Assembly (NCBI RefSeq): GCF_963921235.1
Contig: NC_086108.1
Location: 73,100,001-73,164,000, forward strand
Length of the DNA stretch: 64,000 nt
Direction of reading: 5' to 3'
DNA from: Mobula hypostoma
Lineage: Eukaryota
The position numbers and the translations under genes were made by a program. The notes under the pieces were generated by a model. The model searched no databases, was not told the origin of the DNA, and worked only from the letters and a program-made list of their open reading frames with translations. Numbering within the stretch: position 1 is the stretch's first letter; every line of letters begins with the position of its first letter. Positions 13,375 through 25,569 of the stretch are shown piece by piece.

Positions 13375-14208
13375 GAGGTTGTTGACAGCCGCAAAGGAAC
13401 ATCTAAACAAGCCTGATGCATTTTGGAAACAAATCCTGTGGACTGATGAAGTTAAAATAGAACTTTTTGACCACAATGAGCAAAGGTATGTTTGGAGAAA
13501 AAAGGGTGCAGAATTTCATGAAAAGAACACCTCTCCAATGTTAAGCACGGGGGTGGATCGATCATGCTTTGGGCTTGTGTTGCAGCCAGTGGCACAGGGA
13601 ACATTTCACTGGTAGAGGGAAGAATGAATTTAATTAAATACCAACGAATTCTGAAAAGAAACATCACACCGTCTGTAAAAAAAGCTGAAGATGAAAAGAG
13701 GATGGCTTCTACAGCAGGATAATGATCCTAAACACACCTCAAAATCCACAATGGACTACTTCAAGAGGCGCAAGCTGAAGGTTTTGCTATGGCCCTCACA
13801 GTCCCCTGACCTAAACATCATCGAAAATCTGTGGATAGACCTCAAAAGAGCAGTACATGCAAGATGGCTCAAGAATCTCACAGAACTAGAAGCCTTTTGC
13901 AAGGAAGAATGGGTGAAAATCCCCCAAACAAGAATTGAAAGACTCTTAGCTGGCTACAGAAAGCGTTTACAAGCTGTGATACTTGCCAAAGGGAGTGCCC
14001 AAACTTTTGCTTCGGGCCCTTTTCCTTTTTTTGTTATTTTGAGACCATAAAAGATGGAAATAAAATAGAAATCTTGCTTGAAATATTAAAGAAATGTGTC
14101 ATCTTTAACTTTATCCCTTTTGGAAATCAGGTCATCTTTTACTCACTTAGCTATTCACAGTAACAGAAATTTTGACCTGGGGTGCCCAAACTTTTGCATG
14201 CCTCTGTA
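13375..14208 (+). mobile_element. 3' half of a Tc1/mariner (DD34E) transposon with an IR/DR-type right end
   Basis: WTDEVKIELF, QQDNDPKH and WPSQSPDLNIIENLW, with 34 residues between the second D and E; direct repeat gtgcccaaacttttgc at ~13995-14010 and ~14182-14197; ends ..ctg-TA at 14204-14208; frameshifted. Confidence 0.93.
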
Positions 14209-15151
14209 CCTCTAAGTAAAAAAAAGATGAATTAAATTAATTGACTCGTCCAAAATGAAATTTAACTTCATGTAAATGAATGTGGATTGAAATTAATATT
14301 TAAAGAAGGCCTAATTCCGAATAACTTTTGTTGGCTATGTTATCTTCTGTAATTTCATGTTAATACACCCAGTCATTGCCTCAGAGCCAGTTTAGGATGA
14401 CGTTTACAAATGCGTGCCTTCCTGAATCAAAAGATATCTTGACACTGCTTTTAAATGACTGATTCCTTTTGAAGTTTAAAAAACATACAAGTAAATGGCA
14501 AAAGCTATTTCAGTAAACCACCCTAAGGGAAACAGGTATGATAAGAAAAACCTTGCGTTGAAGAAGATCATCTGTTTCAAATGTCAGTTGTTACCATGAG
14601 GGCTTTAGAAATTCGAGGTTCTGTGTTCCATTAAATTCTTCTTTTAGAAATAAGCACCCTATACTGGGAATTATTGATCATGTTCTGCTTATTCAGACTG
14701 CTTTGCAAAAGTGGGGCGCTTTCATTGTGGAATACAGTCTAATAACAAGGTTTTAGCTTGAGCAAACTTGGCCAAATTTCAAACCTTTATGCACCGTCAG
14801 TAATTTATTTCCCCACTCACCATGCCCTTCCCCCTTCACAGCAGTCAGGCCATACTGAGCTATTTTAATGGAAGTGAGCTGTGCTGCTCAGAATGCCATT
14901 AAGCCCATTTCACTGATTGTAGTGCAAGCAAGCCAGGGTGTGCAGCAACAAGCTAAACGTGCTGTTCACCCGCACTTTCCCAAAGCATTTTAGTGAACCC
15001 ATATGTAGACCAAACTGTGAACTTTATGACACCCAGCACTTTGAACAATTCATCTTATAGAGCCAGGGAACACAGTGACCCATACTAAATCCGAATCAGT
15101 TCTTCACTTCGAACCTTCCACAATGGCATTGGTTAGAGAGAAGACATTGAA

Positions 15152-15324
15152 ATAAACAAAACAAAAAATACTAGAAACTTTCAAGTGATTAGACAACATC
15201 CATGGAAAGAAAAAATAGGTAGCAAGATGCACACAGACCTTTACTATCTGAAATATTAACTGTGTTTCTGTTTCTACAGATATTGCCAATCCTGCTAAGA
15301 ATTTCCAACATATTCTGTTTTATC
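15152..15324. mobile_element. Old head-to-head (palindromic) relative of the hammerhead-repeat family
   Basis: Right arm ctgaaatattaactgtgtttctg..acagatattgcc..cctgctaagaatttccaacat resembles the family 3' part; left arm is a degenerate reverse complement. Confidence 0.55.
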
Positions 15325-15504
15325 TGTAATTGTAGCATGAGTTACTAAATGGTTTGGTGCAAAGCAGATTTTAGTTATTGAATAAAGATTGATTTTTTTC
15401 TCTCTCTGGTATAAAACATAATAGCAACCATTTGGTCATTATGCATCACTTAGAAAATTCAACCAAAACACTTATATCATGAATCACACTTTCCCTCAAT
15501 GTCG

Positions 15505-15800
15505 CAAAAACAAAGAGGAGCTGGTTGTGGACTACGGGAGGAATGGAGACAGGCTACCCTTACTGATATCAATGGATCTGGGGCTGAGAGGGTGAACAGC
15601 TTTCAGTTCCTCGGCATAAACATCACCGAGGATCTCACGTGGTCTGTATACCGGCTGTGTGGTGAAAAATGCACAATGGCGCCTCTTTCACTTCAGACAG
15701 TTGAAGAAGTTTGGTATGGGCCCCCAAATCCTAAGAACTTTCTACAGGAGCATCCTGACTGGCTGCACCGCTGCCTGGTATGGGAACTGTACTTCCCTCA
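15505..15800 (+). mobile_element. Rex1/Babar LINE C-terminal fragment
   Basis: ERVNSFQFLGINITEDLTWS; VKNAQWRLFHFRQLKKFGMGPQILRTFYRSILTGCTAAWYGNC. Confidence 0.85.
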
Positions 15801-16847
15801 AAAAGTCATCAGTTTCTCATCTGCACTATTCTAGATGCACCCTTATAGGTTAGACAGAATCTGCAAGAAATGTTTTTCTCTCCCCAGCAATTAGTAACTC
15901 CTGTTTCAGATTGCTGGCTTTTAACCTCTAACACAAATCTAAGCCTGGCACGGGATATGTGGGACACACATTAGCAAGTGGTGCATTTGCCCTATAAAAA
16001 GCCTTTTGCTTTTGAATGGAAGGTCATGGTGGCGTTGGGCTGACACTCTGCTTTTGCTGCAGAAGATAGTGACGTTAATGCAAAATCTGGTGTAAATGTA
16101 GTATTTCAATATTATACCATCTCCAAGTCATACACCACCTTCTGACTCTTTGATCCAAACAAATAATATCACAATTATGACTATAATAAAGAAGATGGAC
16201 AGAATTTTTGACTTTTATTTTAATAGTATGGCAAACGGAATGGGCATGCCATTGGAAGGTATTTTACATGTGAATTGCTTTGTGTACTGAACCTAAACTT
16301 CAGTGTCAAATTATTAAATATTCCTGAAATGTTCACTTGTTTTTTACTCTGCCACAACTATTGCGTCATTTGCTACAACCATAACATCAATCCCTCTACC
16401 TTTTCTACCACACATTAGGTGCTACAGTTCATTGTTTCAAACAATGGCATTTGCCAGCACAACCCAAGCAAATATCCGCTTGTCCGAACTGGTTCTGTAG
16501 TCATTAACTCCATCTCTCTTTTTGACAACTGCCTGAAACCAAACAAGATTACTTACAGTCTAGGTGTTCTGACTCTGAACTACTCATCCATGTCAACATC
16601 TTGGTGACCTCCACTGGTTTCGGTTAGGTTCAAGGTTGGCTGTGATCCAATGATGATTGGATGAGATTTTTGTTTTATATTCAAATATATTGCTACAGCA
16701 TTAGATCATCATTTCATCACCAGCTTGAAAAGTTGGAGTTGTATGGAGTTCACTGCCTGAAAAGGTGATTATAGCAGAAGACCCCATCACCTGTGAAGAG
16801 TTACCCTGATAAGCATTTGAAGAGATATAACCTATAAAACTCTGAAA

Positions 16848-17072
16848 TATTGAGATACAGCATGGAATAAGCCCTTCTGGGCCTTGCAGCCATGCCGCAC
16901 AGCAACTTCTGATTTAACTTCAGCCTAATCACAGGACAATTTACAACGACCAACTAAACTACCAACTGGTACCGCTTTGGACGGTGGGAGGAAACCGGAG
17001 CACCCAGAGGAAACTCACATGGTCACAGGGAGGACATATAAACTCCTTACAGACAGTAGCAGAAATGAGAAA
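16848..17072 (-). mobile_element. HE1/V-domain-like SINE
   Basis: gtgggaggaaaccggagcacccagaggaaactcacatggtcacagggaggacatataaactcc core, repeated at 40305-40510, 54715-54970, 59270-59415 and 61320-61590. Confidence 0.8.
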
Positions 17073-17409
17073 TGTAAAGCTGGATTAGACTCAATAACCC
17101 TTATTAGCTGGTGTAGAATCAATGGCTCTAATGGCCTTCATTTGTGCCATGAATCACTGTGATTAAGTGACAGGAATTTAGCTATGACACTATGACACTA
17201 GCAGAGAAGTGGAAAACTATTGCTGAAGATACTGCAGCAGGGAATCTCTTTTCCAGAAACCGCATTTATATATTTAGTGTTGAAAAAAAGAAGTTAGTCT
17301 TTCAAGCTATATTTTGGATTATAAAGGATGAATGTGTTATGGAAATCAACAGAAATCCGCTAAATAGTGATCTAGTAATGAACTGGCGGAAAGAAGAATG
17401 GTAGATCTG

Positions 17410-17500
17410 CAGCCTCATGTCTTCAGTGATCCTGACCCAATCCTGATCTCCGGTATTGTTTGTGTGGAGTTTGTATATTTGCCCTGTGAACATGTGGTTT
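17410..17500 (+). mobile_element. Decayed SINE 5' fragment (same V-domain-like family)
   Basis: tgtgtggagtttgtatatttgccctgtgaacatgtggtt is the reverse complement of the core above. Confidence 0.6.
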
Positions 17501-18512
17501 TTGGGAAAGAGTTTGTGGAAGAAACTGAATACAGTACAGTCCACCTTCCCAGTGTTTAGCTTATCTCAGAATATTTTATCTAATGCAGTTTCTACTGAAA
17601 GATTAAGACAATTTGCCAAATATTCAATAATTCTGCTTTTAAATTTGATGATCCACAATTGCCTCTTTTACACATGGTAATAGCAGCTCACATGCACTTA
17701 TGCTAACAGCTTCACATACTTAAATCCATCTCCATCAAGCTGGATGACCTTTGAACTCAGTTACCATAGTTACCATCTTACTTTTACATTACTGCTATAC
17801 GGACTGGGTTAATATTTCCTGGAAGTTTATTCATCTTTTGTATTTAAAAATTACTTCCTATATACAATAAACAATGTGGAATACATGAAGTAAGAAAATA
17901 ACTTCATGGTCATTAATTGGTGCTCTGATGCTACAAAATATTTGCTTACAAATGCATTAGGTTACTAGATGATAGGCCACTCACTCACTCACATCACAAT
18001 TTCCTGTCTTGGCTGTGTAATTTGGGGCAATTTCAACAACAGTGAAGTGCTTCCCCAGCAGAAAAAAAAATGACCAGTAATGGACTCAATAAGTGAGTAA
18101 ACCATGTAAGTGGAAGAAGTAATAGGTTTGTTTATACAGGATGTTGGGCAAGTCAGAGGAGGGAGAGAGTGCTTCCAAATTGCTTGGTATTTGATTCAAT
18201 GCATTGAAGAAGCAGAGCAGTGCAAGTAACTATTTGCAGATCCCACAAATAGTTAATTCTTCTTTTCACTGTAAACAGGATTTGAAAATACAGAGAACTT
18301 TTTTTTACATTTTTTACACAATTTTACTGTTAACAAAATGATTGAGATACACCTACACAGATGTAATCACTTAATTCCTAGACAACACTGTTAAACCATT
18401 TACATGTTGAAAATCTCAGTGAAAACGGAATAGTCTACAACAATGTTACAGTGTTGAGTAAGTACACAGCATTCAAATGAATGACAAAATGAACACACAG
18501 GGGAAGCATGGT

Positions 18513-18650
18513 AAACAACAGGAATTCTGCAGATGCTGGAAATTCAAGCAACATACATCAAAGTTGCTGGTGAACGCAGCAGGCCAAGCAGCATCTATAG
18601 GAAGAGGCGCAGTCGACGTTTCAGGCCGAGACCCTTCGTCAGGACTTCGT
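18513..18650 (-). mobile_element. Young 138-bp hammerhead-bearing retroposon (Penelope-derived-like) with 15-bp TSD
   Basis: Flanked by identical caggggaagcatggt at 18498-18512 and 18651-18665; homologous to other copies in the window. Confidence 0.9.
18610..18646 (-). ncRNA. Minimal type I hammerhead ribozyme motif
   Basis: Minus strand reads AGUC-CUGACGA-AGG(GUCUCGG)CCU-GAAA-CG-UC^GACU: both core boxes, stem I AGUC/GACU, stem II AGG/CCU, palindromic ACGU in place of stem III, GUC cleavage triplet. Confidence 0.75.
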
Positions 18651-18698
18651 CAGGGGAAGCATGGTTATGGTTGGAACGTACTTGGACTATTGTGGAGA

Positions 18699-19001
18699 CA
18701 CAAGCGGGACTGCAGATGTTGGAGATCTGGAGCAACACACTAGGGATATTGCATGCAGTCTGTCTGCCACACTATGTGTTAAGCTAGAGAGGCAGCAGAA
18801 AAGATGCACAACAATCAGATGGCAGCAGGAACTCATTCATATACGAAATGGAAGGAATCACCAAAGTTTCAGGTCTCCTGATGCAGGGTTTCATCCTGAA
18901 CGGTCACCAGTTCCTTTCTCCACACAGATGCTGCTAGACCCACTGAGCCTCACCAGCATCTTGTTTTATGCTCCAGATTCCAGCATCTGAAATCCCTTGT
19001 G
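18699..19001. mobile_element. Palindromic (inverted-end) older member of the hammerhead-repeat family
   Basis: ~40-bp imperfect terminal inverted repeats (cacaagcgggactgcagatgttggagatctggagca / tgctccagattccagcatctgaaatcccttgtg); degenerate core ctgatgcagggtttcatcctgaacggtc at 18878-18905. Confidence 0.7.
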
Positions 19002-19002
19002 C

Positions 19003-19440
19003 ATCACAAAGATGTTGGCTGGAAAAGAGGGATTAAGATATAAGGAGAGATTGTATAGGCTTGGACTGTTTTCCCTGCAGCAAAGGAGGCTGAGAGTCAC
19101 CTTATGGAATTATAGACTCATGAGGAGTATAGATACAATGATAGTCACAGTCAATTGTTTTTCCAGGGTAGGGGAGTCTAAAGGGGAAAGACATAGGTTT
19201 ATAATAAAAGGGGAAATCTCAAAGGGGCAGTCTTTTCCCCACAGACAGTGACAGGTATATGAAATGAACTGCCAGAGGAAGCGGTAGAGGTAGGTACAAT
19301 TAATACATTGAAATGGGCACATGGAAAGGGAAGATTTAGTGGGATAGAGACCAACTGGGACTAGCTTAGGTGGACATATTGGTCAGCAAGGATGAATTGA
19401 GCGAAATGGCCCGTTTCTATGCTCTATAACTCAGTGACTC
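19003..19440 (+). mobile_element. CR1 3' fragment
   Basis: GLRYKERLYRLGLFSLQQRRLR; CR1-type 3' UTR. Confidence 0.85.
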
Positions 19441-20384
19441 TTCTTGTTGAGTTCTGAATATCTCTGCAAACCATTTCCTTGGAGCACCCTTTACTACTCT
19501 GACTTCTCACGTGCTTCTTTAGAAACTGAATGGCATGAAGAACCAAGAGGACACTTAACACCATTCACAATGGATCACCAAAGCTCGGCACCATAGCCCT
19601 TCAGATAAATCATGCCATGCCAATGTACTTGGATCTCATCGATAGCACATTATGTATCAGGGCATTGTATCCATACATTTCACTTCAACTCACTTTGAAT
19701 GATTATCAATCAGTACGGTGACATTTTCTCATTAACTAGGTAACAAATGCCACTGAAGCTCATTAACGTTGTGTGCTACTGAACTTTACAAGAGAAAGAT
19801 AATATTGAATTGTGCTGAAACATTTATGTTCTGCTTTATGATTGATGTCTCCAGCTGATTTGGATCCAGCAGATTCTTATAGATTCTCCTTGGAGCAGAT
19901 CCCCCCAAAAATGTGTAGGAAACTTCTAGACCCAACAGTTGTCAAGCCTAGGACTGTTTTTTTATTTCCACTCCTAATCCTCCAACATGCTCAAGTATGG
20001 TGTATCATCCATTGCAAGTACTCTGGCAATGAATCAACAGAGTTCTGAATAAGCTCAGTTACTAATCTACCACGCATGCTCTCTTTCAGAGAGAGAAATA
20101 GAAAAGCAACAGCTGTAGGGGGCAAGGTCCTTTGATGAGGATTGTTGTTTGGTTAATCAAAAAGAAAACATCCCATAAAAACACTAACTTGCAACCATAA
20201 CATAGAGCAAGATAAGATGATCTATGGCAAATAGGACTATTAAAACTTCTGAATATGATTCCTAGTAAGACTTGCATATAATTACTAATCATGTGTTGAC
20301 ATTTTCCAGGCTATGCATAGTTTCTATCAAATACAGGAATCATCTGGCCAATGATTATGTATTAAAACATGTTATTCTAACCTT

Positions 20385-20900
20385 GTGTAAATTACAAATG
20401 AGGCCACATTTAAAATATTTGTGTAATTTCTGGCCCCTTCTTTTTAAAAGATACTAACGCTTTGAAGTGGGTTCAGAGTAGAGTGTTGAAGATCCTCTGG
20501 GAGAGAGGCTATTTTGAAGTCAGGGTCCTCGGTTTCAAAAAGAGCTGAGGTTCAGCTAATTAACTATTTCTGAAAGGAGCTGGATAAATATTGGCCTGAA
20601 AGGCTGAAGTCTTTAATACAAGAGGACAGTCGAAGGGAAGGCCTAATCCAAGCCTCTATGGTGAAGTGCACTGGCTGCAATGCAAGTAGAAACAAACTAT
20701 TTGGCATTAACCTTTGAGCAGAAACCTAATCTATACAGAACTGGAGGCAGTGGATTGAAAGAAACATTTTGCTCCATAGCATAATGTGCATATTGAACAA
20801 ATTCCAAATGAAAACAACTCAGGTTCAGCCAATCCACTCCTATGTAAGGGAGTTGGATAAGTACTTGTTTGGAAGAAACATTAAAAGTCACATCATAACT
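20385..20900 (+). mobile_element. Very decayed CR1-like 3' fragment
   Basis: LCKLQMRPHLKYLCNFWP resembles the CR1 LYKxLVRPHLEYCVQFWSP motif. Confidence 0.5.
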
Positions 20901-21315
20901 TTAAACTGATTCTGGGCATGGTAGGGCAAGGTTAAATATTCTGCTTAATTATTCTTGGAACCAGAGGGTATTATTCAGAATCTTCCTCAGTAAGGATGTA
21001 TGGATTTAATTTATATATTGTGGAAAGAGCAGGCTTGATGATTGGAAAGACTCCTTCTGGTTCAATGCTTTGATATTTTTGCATCGTTTCCTGCCAATCA
21101 AACACATGGGTGTCAGAACACAGCAGTGAAAAGTAAAGATGACCAGCGTGAGAAAACAAATAACATCTCTCTGAGAGTGACCTTTCCTTCAAACCTGCAG
21201 CCAATCCAAATGGGAAAAATAATTCCAAATGTTGTGAATCATTGGCAGTAAGTTTTATAACTCTCTAATAGCTAAGAAATTGGGCATTGGGAAACAAATG
21301 GGTGCTCAAAACCAC

Positions 21316-21462
21316 TGGAAACAAATATACATCAAATCTGAGGCCACCTGGATTGCTGCATAATTGCACTAAAATTGCTATAGTTTGCCTAAAACAAGCA
21401 ATTTTAGAGCAATTATGCATTAATAATCCAGGTGGCCTCAGATTTGATGTTTATTTATTTCA
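21316..21462. repeat. ~145-bp imperfect palindrome (MITE-like foldback)
   Basis: acatcaaatctgaggccacctggatt (21329-21354) is the exact reverse complement of 21425-21450; inner arms tgcataattgcactaaaattgct / agcaattttagagcaattatgca pair with one mismatch; ~17-nt loop. Confidence 0.95.
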
Positions 21463-22354
21463 TTATTAAGTTATTGATCACTCACTCAGATTTTATTTTC
21501 TTCTTCTGTGACTACAACAGTTAGCAAAAACATTTTGTTGCAAAATTTTTGGGATAAATCTGCCTGATATTAAGTAATAGAAAGGAGGTATCCAGCAGCT
21601 TACAAGCATGATAACATTAGAAATGTTTTGTATTTCTCATTTGTATTTCTCCTTGTTCCAAGTTGTGGCAGATTACAACCCAGCTTGGTAATAATGGGAC
21701 AGCTGGACCATAACCACAATCCAGCTTCACTCTGAAGGATGTTAGGTTTAGTGCAGTCTAAAATTGTTTTCTGATGTTTATTTAACACAGGCCTCAAGAA
21801 ACCATTGTGCAAGTTGTTGTCCTGGCAATAGATTTTAAAGTTAACTGGATAATTACAGAAACAATGGAACTGTTGGCTTTATAAATGCTGGGAAGGAAAC
21901 ACAAGGTTGAGCTGGCTATAGGAAGGAGGACATAGTTGGCACAAAGCAGCCTTGCTTTCCTGATTCATTAAAACAAGTCGGTTCTGTTTACAACATTTAC
22001 ATTTAGCAGATAGTATAACCCAGAAGTAAATGAGTTTGGGAGTAAGTGACCAGAGAAAAGAACCTTTTTCGTTATAAATCTATAAGCTTTTACAAACTAC
22101 CTACTTAACAAGTAGAAGACATTTGCAATGAATGAACAAAAAGAATGAGAGACTGTGAAAATTTAATTTAAAGTTTGTCTCAAAATACAATGATCAGAAT
22201 TGGTGAATTTAATTGCAAATACAAGAAGCAGTATTAATCTTTGCCTTTGTTGTAAGTAGATTTACTCACTGGGAAACAACCCCAGAATGATCTTGTTTAA
22301 CATTCAGAAGACCCAAAACCAGAAACCAGAAACTAAGTACATGATTTTGACAGT

Positions 22355-22475
22355 AAGACTATTACACATAGGAGCAGAATTGTCCTTGTATTCTGGGGTT
22401 GTGCCTTCTGGTCCTAGACTCCCCTACTATAGGAAACATTCTATCTAGGCCTTTAAATATTTGATAGGTTTCAAA
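22355..22475 (-). mobile_element. Short CR1 3' fragment
   Basis: FETYQIFKGLDRMFPIVGESRTRRHNPRIQG. Confidence 0.8.
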
Positions 22476-23009
22476 AAGATAATATGAAAAAACTGAGATG
22501 TGATGTTCTTTAACATAAAAGGAAGAACTATCCATGATCATCATAATGAAATAATACAGCCATGACCTTAATGGAAGCGATAAACAAACTTAAAACAAAT
22601 CAAAGGCGAAATGGTTATTTTAAGCATTAAGGGTGCGAGGAGGAGGGGCTCACTGGTTCATACTTAATCAAGTTAAGAGGATAGTTGAATGGGCTGTGAG
22701 ATCAGTAGATGCCAACAACAATACAAATTATGACTATTGTCTTTAATTAGAGAAGATACAAGAACTTTAAAAAAATGTAGACTGCTTTGAAACTAATGAT
22801 GAATAAGAGGCCTTGGAAAAACTTTCACTGATTATGTCAGAAGATAAGTTTTCCTCCTAATTCAGGGTCCAGTTTGATAGATCTTGGCAAACTGAAATGT
22901 CTGAAAACAAACAAATCCTTAGATTGAGTATATTTATCACAAAAATTGCTGGAGACAAGAAGGAGATTTTTCAGGCAGAGGATTATTATAAAGAATCTCT
23001 GGGAATGAA

Positions 23010-23120
23010 GGTTAACAGTTCATCAGAGAAGGCATTTTTGACCTGAAATATTAACTCTGTTTTGCTTTCCATCCATGCTGCCTGACCTGCTGAATGTTTC
23101 CAGCATTTCCTGTTTTTTTA
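23010..23120 (+). mobile_element. Old relative of the hammerhead-repeat family
   Basis: gacctgaaatattaactctgttttgctttccatccatgctgcctgacctgctgaatgtttccagcattt matches the family 3' part. Confidence 0.7.
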
Positions 23121-24330
23121 CTACAGCAGGATCACACCACTAGATCACACATGACAAGTTAGCCTTAATGCCTGATAGCTGCTTTGTGATCATTAGTATT
23201 TTGCACAGTACATCTTCCGGCGTCTGTCTGGAGAGTGGCATCAGGGCACACATTTAGAGCCCCATGGCTCATGTTAAGTTAGAAGTGAAGTTTATTTACC
23301 AAAATAATAGAAGCCTTCTGGTTTCAGAAATGGGTGAGTGGTCTGCTAACCTAATTTTTGGAAGGATCTGCAAGTTTCTCCCCCTTTAGCCCATTTCTTT
23401 GGCTGGGCTTTTCACTTCTTCAGCACAATGAAGCATTTTGTCTTTGATGCCTGTTTCTATTGGCTGACTGATCACGTAAAACAATCTCAAATCTTTCCAT
23501 TAACAAGTTCAAACCATGACAGTAGTTGCTGATGAAAAATTTGGTTTTATTCTTGTTTTCAGCCAGAGTTTATTCAGTCCTGCAGGAGGCTGTTTCTCTT
23601 TTCTGTCAATGGATTATGACTGACATGCTGTGTAGGAATTATTTTTGTCTTTACAATTGATAGTATTTACACTTAGTTTGTATTTCATTTCCCATTTGTT
23701 CATTTCGACTTCTCATATCAACATCGGCAAGTACAATTTGTATTCTTGAGAATCATATTTTTTGTTTATTTTGCATTGCACTTGCTTTTCTAATAGGTTT
23801 AATATAGAGAAATGTTTCTTTATTCTTAACTAAATCCTCAAGTGTCTACCTACATTTGATCAGAATTACATCACCAATGATAAAGAGGGCCATTGTTTTC
23901 ACTTCCTTGATTGAAATCACCAATCTGCTGGGAGCTAGTGCTAATAGTGGAGAATTTTGCACTGAGCTAGCTATCAAGAACAGAATAAGAGCTAACCATT
24001 CTCATTCCACTTAGGAATCTCACAGTAAAAGGAATGAAAATAAACATTAATGATTTGAGCTCAAATCCCTGTAGTGCTTGTAATTCTACAACACAAACTG
24101 CTGATAATTTGGTGCTCACAGTAAATTGGCAATCTCAATCAGAATTGCCACAGAATGGCTACTACGGGAGGTGGAATTATCCAATTTAATGCAGATGATA
24201 CTACTTTGTGAGCTGTTGGGAAAGACACTTCGTCAGCAGAGCTAAAGAAAGTTGGCTCTGCATTTGGCTATGAAACCCAAAAGCTCTTTTTTCAAATGAC
24301 CACAAGGAAAAAAAGTGTTTCATTCCTGAC

Positions 24331-24685
24331 CAATGTTTTCCTCTAATCTGTAATGACCAGCATGCGCACAAATCTTGAGCTGTTCAATTTTTTTTTTGCC
24401 CAGTGACAACAACATGTGAGCATAGAATTATTGTTTCATTAATTTCTTCAGTAAAAACAGTATAAATAAAGCAGCTCTAAAATCTGCAAGCAGATCATCA
24501 CAAACTTGACATTCACGTCAGAAACTGGAAAAGAAATGTGATTGTGTACAATTATGAAATATTCTTAACATGCCAACAAGATAGTGGGTGACAACCTTTT
24601 GTGCGCAGTTTAAATTCCTTTGTGCAGTAGTAGGTAAAGATACATGTGTGTGTATATGTGTGTGCATACCTTCGAGGGAACATTG
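24331..24685. mobile_element. 355-bp non-autonomous hAT element (MITE)
   Basis: TIRs caatgttttcctctaa / ttcgagggaacattg; 8-bp flanks ttcctgac (24323-24330) and ttcccaac (24686-24693) match at 6/8, consistent with a decayed hAT TSD. Confidence 0.8.
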
Positions 24686-25569
24686 TTCCCAACCATCAGT
24701 TAGTTTGATAAGGAGATAATTTAATAAAGGTACTTTGACAGGTGATTACATTAAAATATATGTTTTAGTTTATGTTGCATGCTTTTTAGAGGTAGGATTC
24801 TTTCCTGGTATGTTTATATTTTAACCTTGCTATTTGGTAGATCTTGAAGCAAACGAAGAAATTCATGATTAACTGCATTTTCCATGGAAATGTTATAAAG
24901 TGCATAGATTTTTATTTACTTTGTAAAGGATAATTCTAATTAAAAATAGAAATGAGGAAATATATCTAAAAGTGCAGCACAATAGCTGTGAACACCCAAG
25001 ATTTCTCTAGCCTTTGGCAAGGCAACTTACTGCAGCTATACACTATCCTGGCTAACTCCAGTTGTTCTAATACCAAGACACAAATAGCAGAAAAGAGCAA
25101 AAAGGAACACCAGCGAATGTGATGGGTGCAGGATAACTTAACTTCTAACAATATAACATTTAAAATGTAGGTTAAGTTAAAATAGAAAGCTGATTACATG
25201 CAAGAGGAAATACCATTAAAGCCAAACAGACAGAAACACCTCAGTGAGGAAGCAACTGATTCAAAATTGAGTTGAAAATAAAATGGTCAATTTCAAATTT
25301 AACAGTAAAGAAGGCAGCCAACCACTTTTATTTAAAGAAAATGTTTTAAATAAAGCATTTTTTAAAGAAAACATTTTTAATATTCCAGAGCATTTTTGAA
25401 TCTTTGAGAATTTATAATATGCTGCTATTAAAAAAATATGCTTTTTGGAACCAGGTCAGCTGTGAAGTGTTGAAAGTCATGAAGAGGTACTATTTAATGA
25501 TGCCTCGGAAAACGATGGAACTTTCTATACAACATACAATAAGGAAGTTCATCAGATAACACTGCTCTG

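Noticed and set aside
13022..13476. 119-142 aa ORFs rich in ER or LS
   Set aside because: Translations of the AG microsatellite
25325..25400. AT-rich short direct/inverted repeats (tttaaagaaaa..)
   Set aside because: Low complexity; expected by chance
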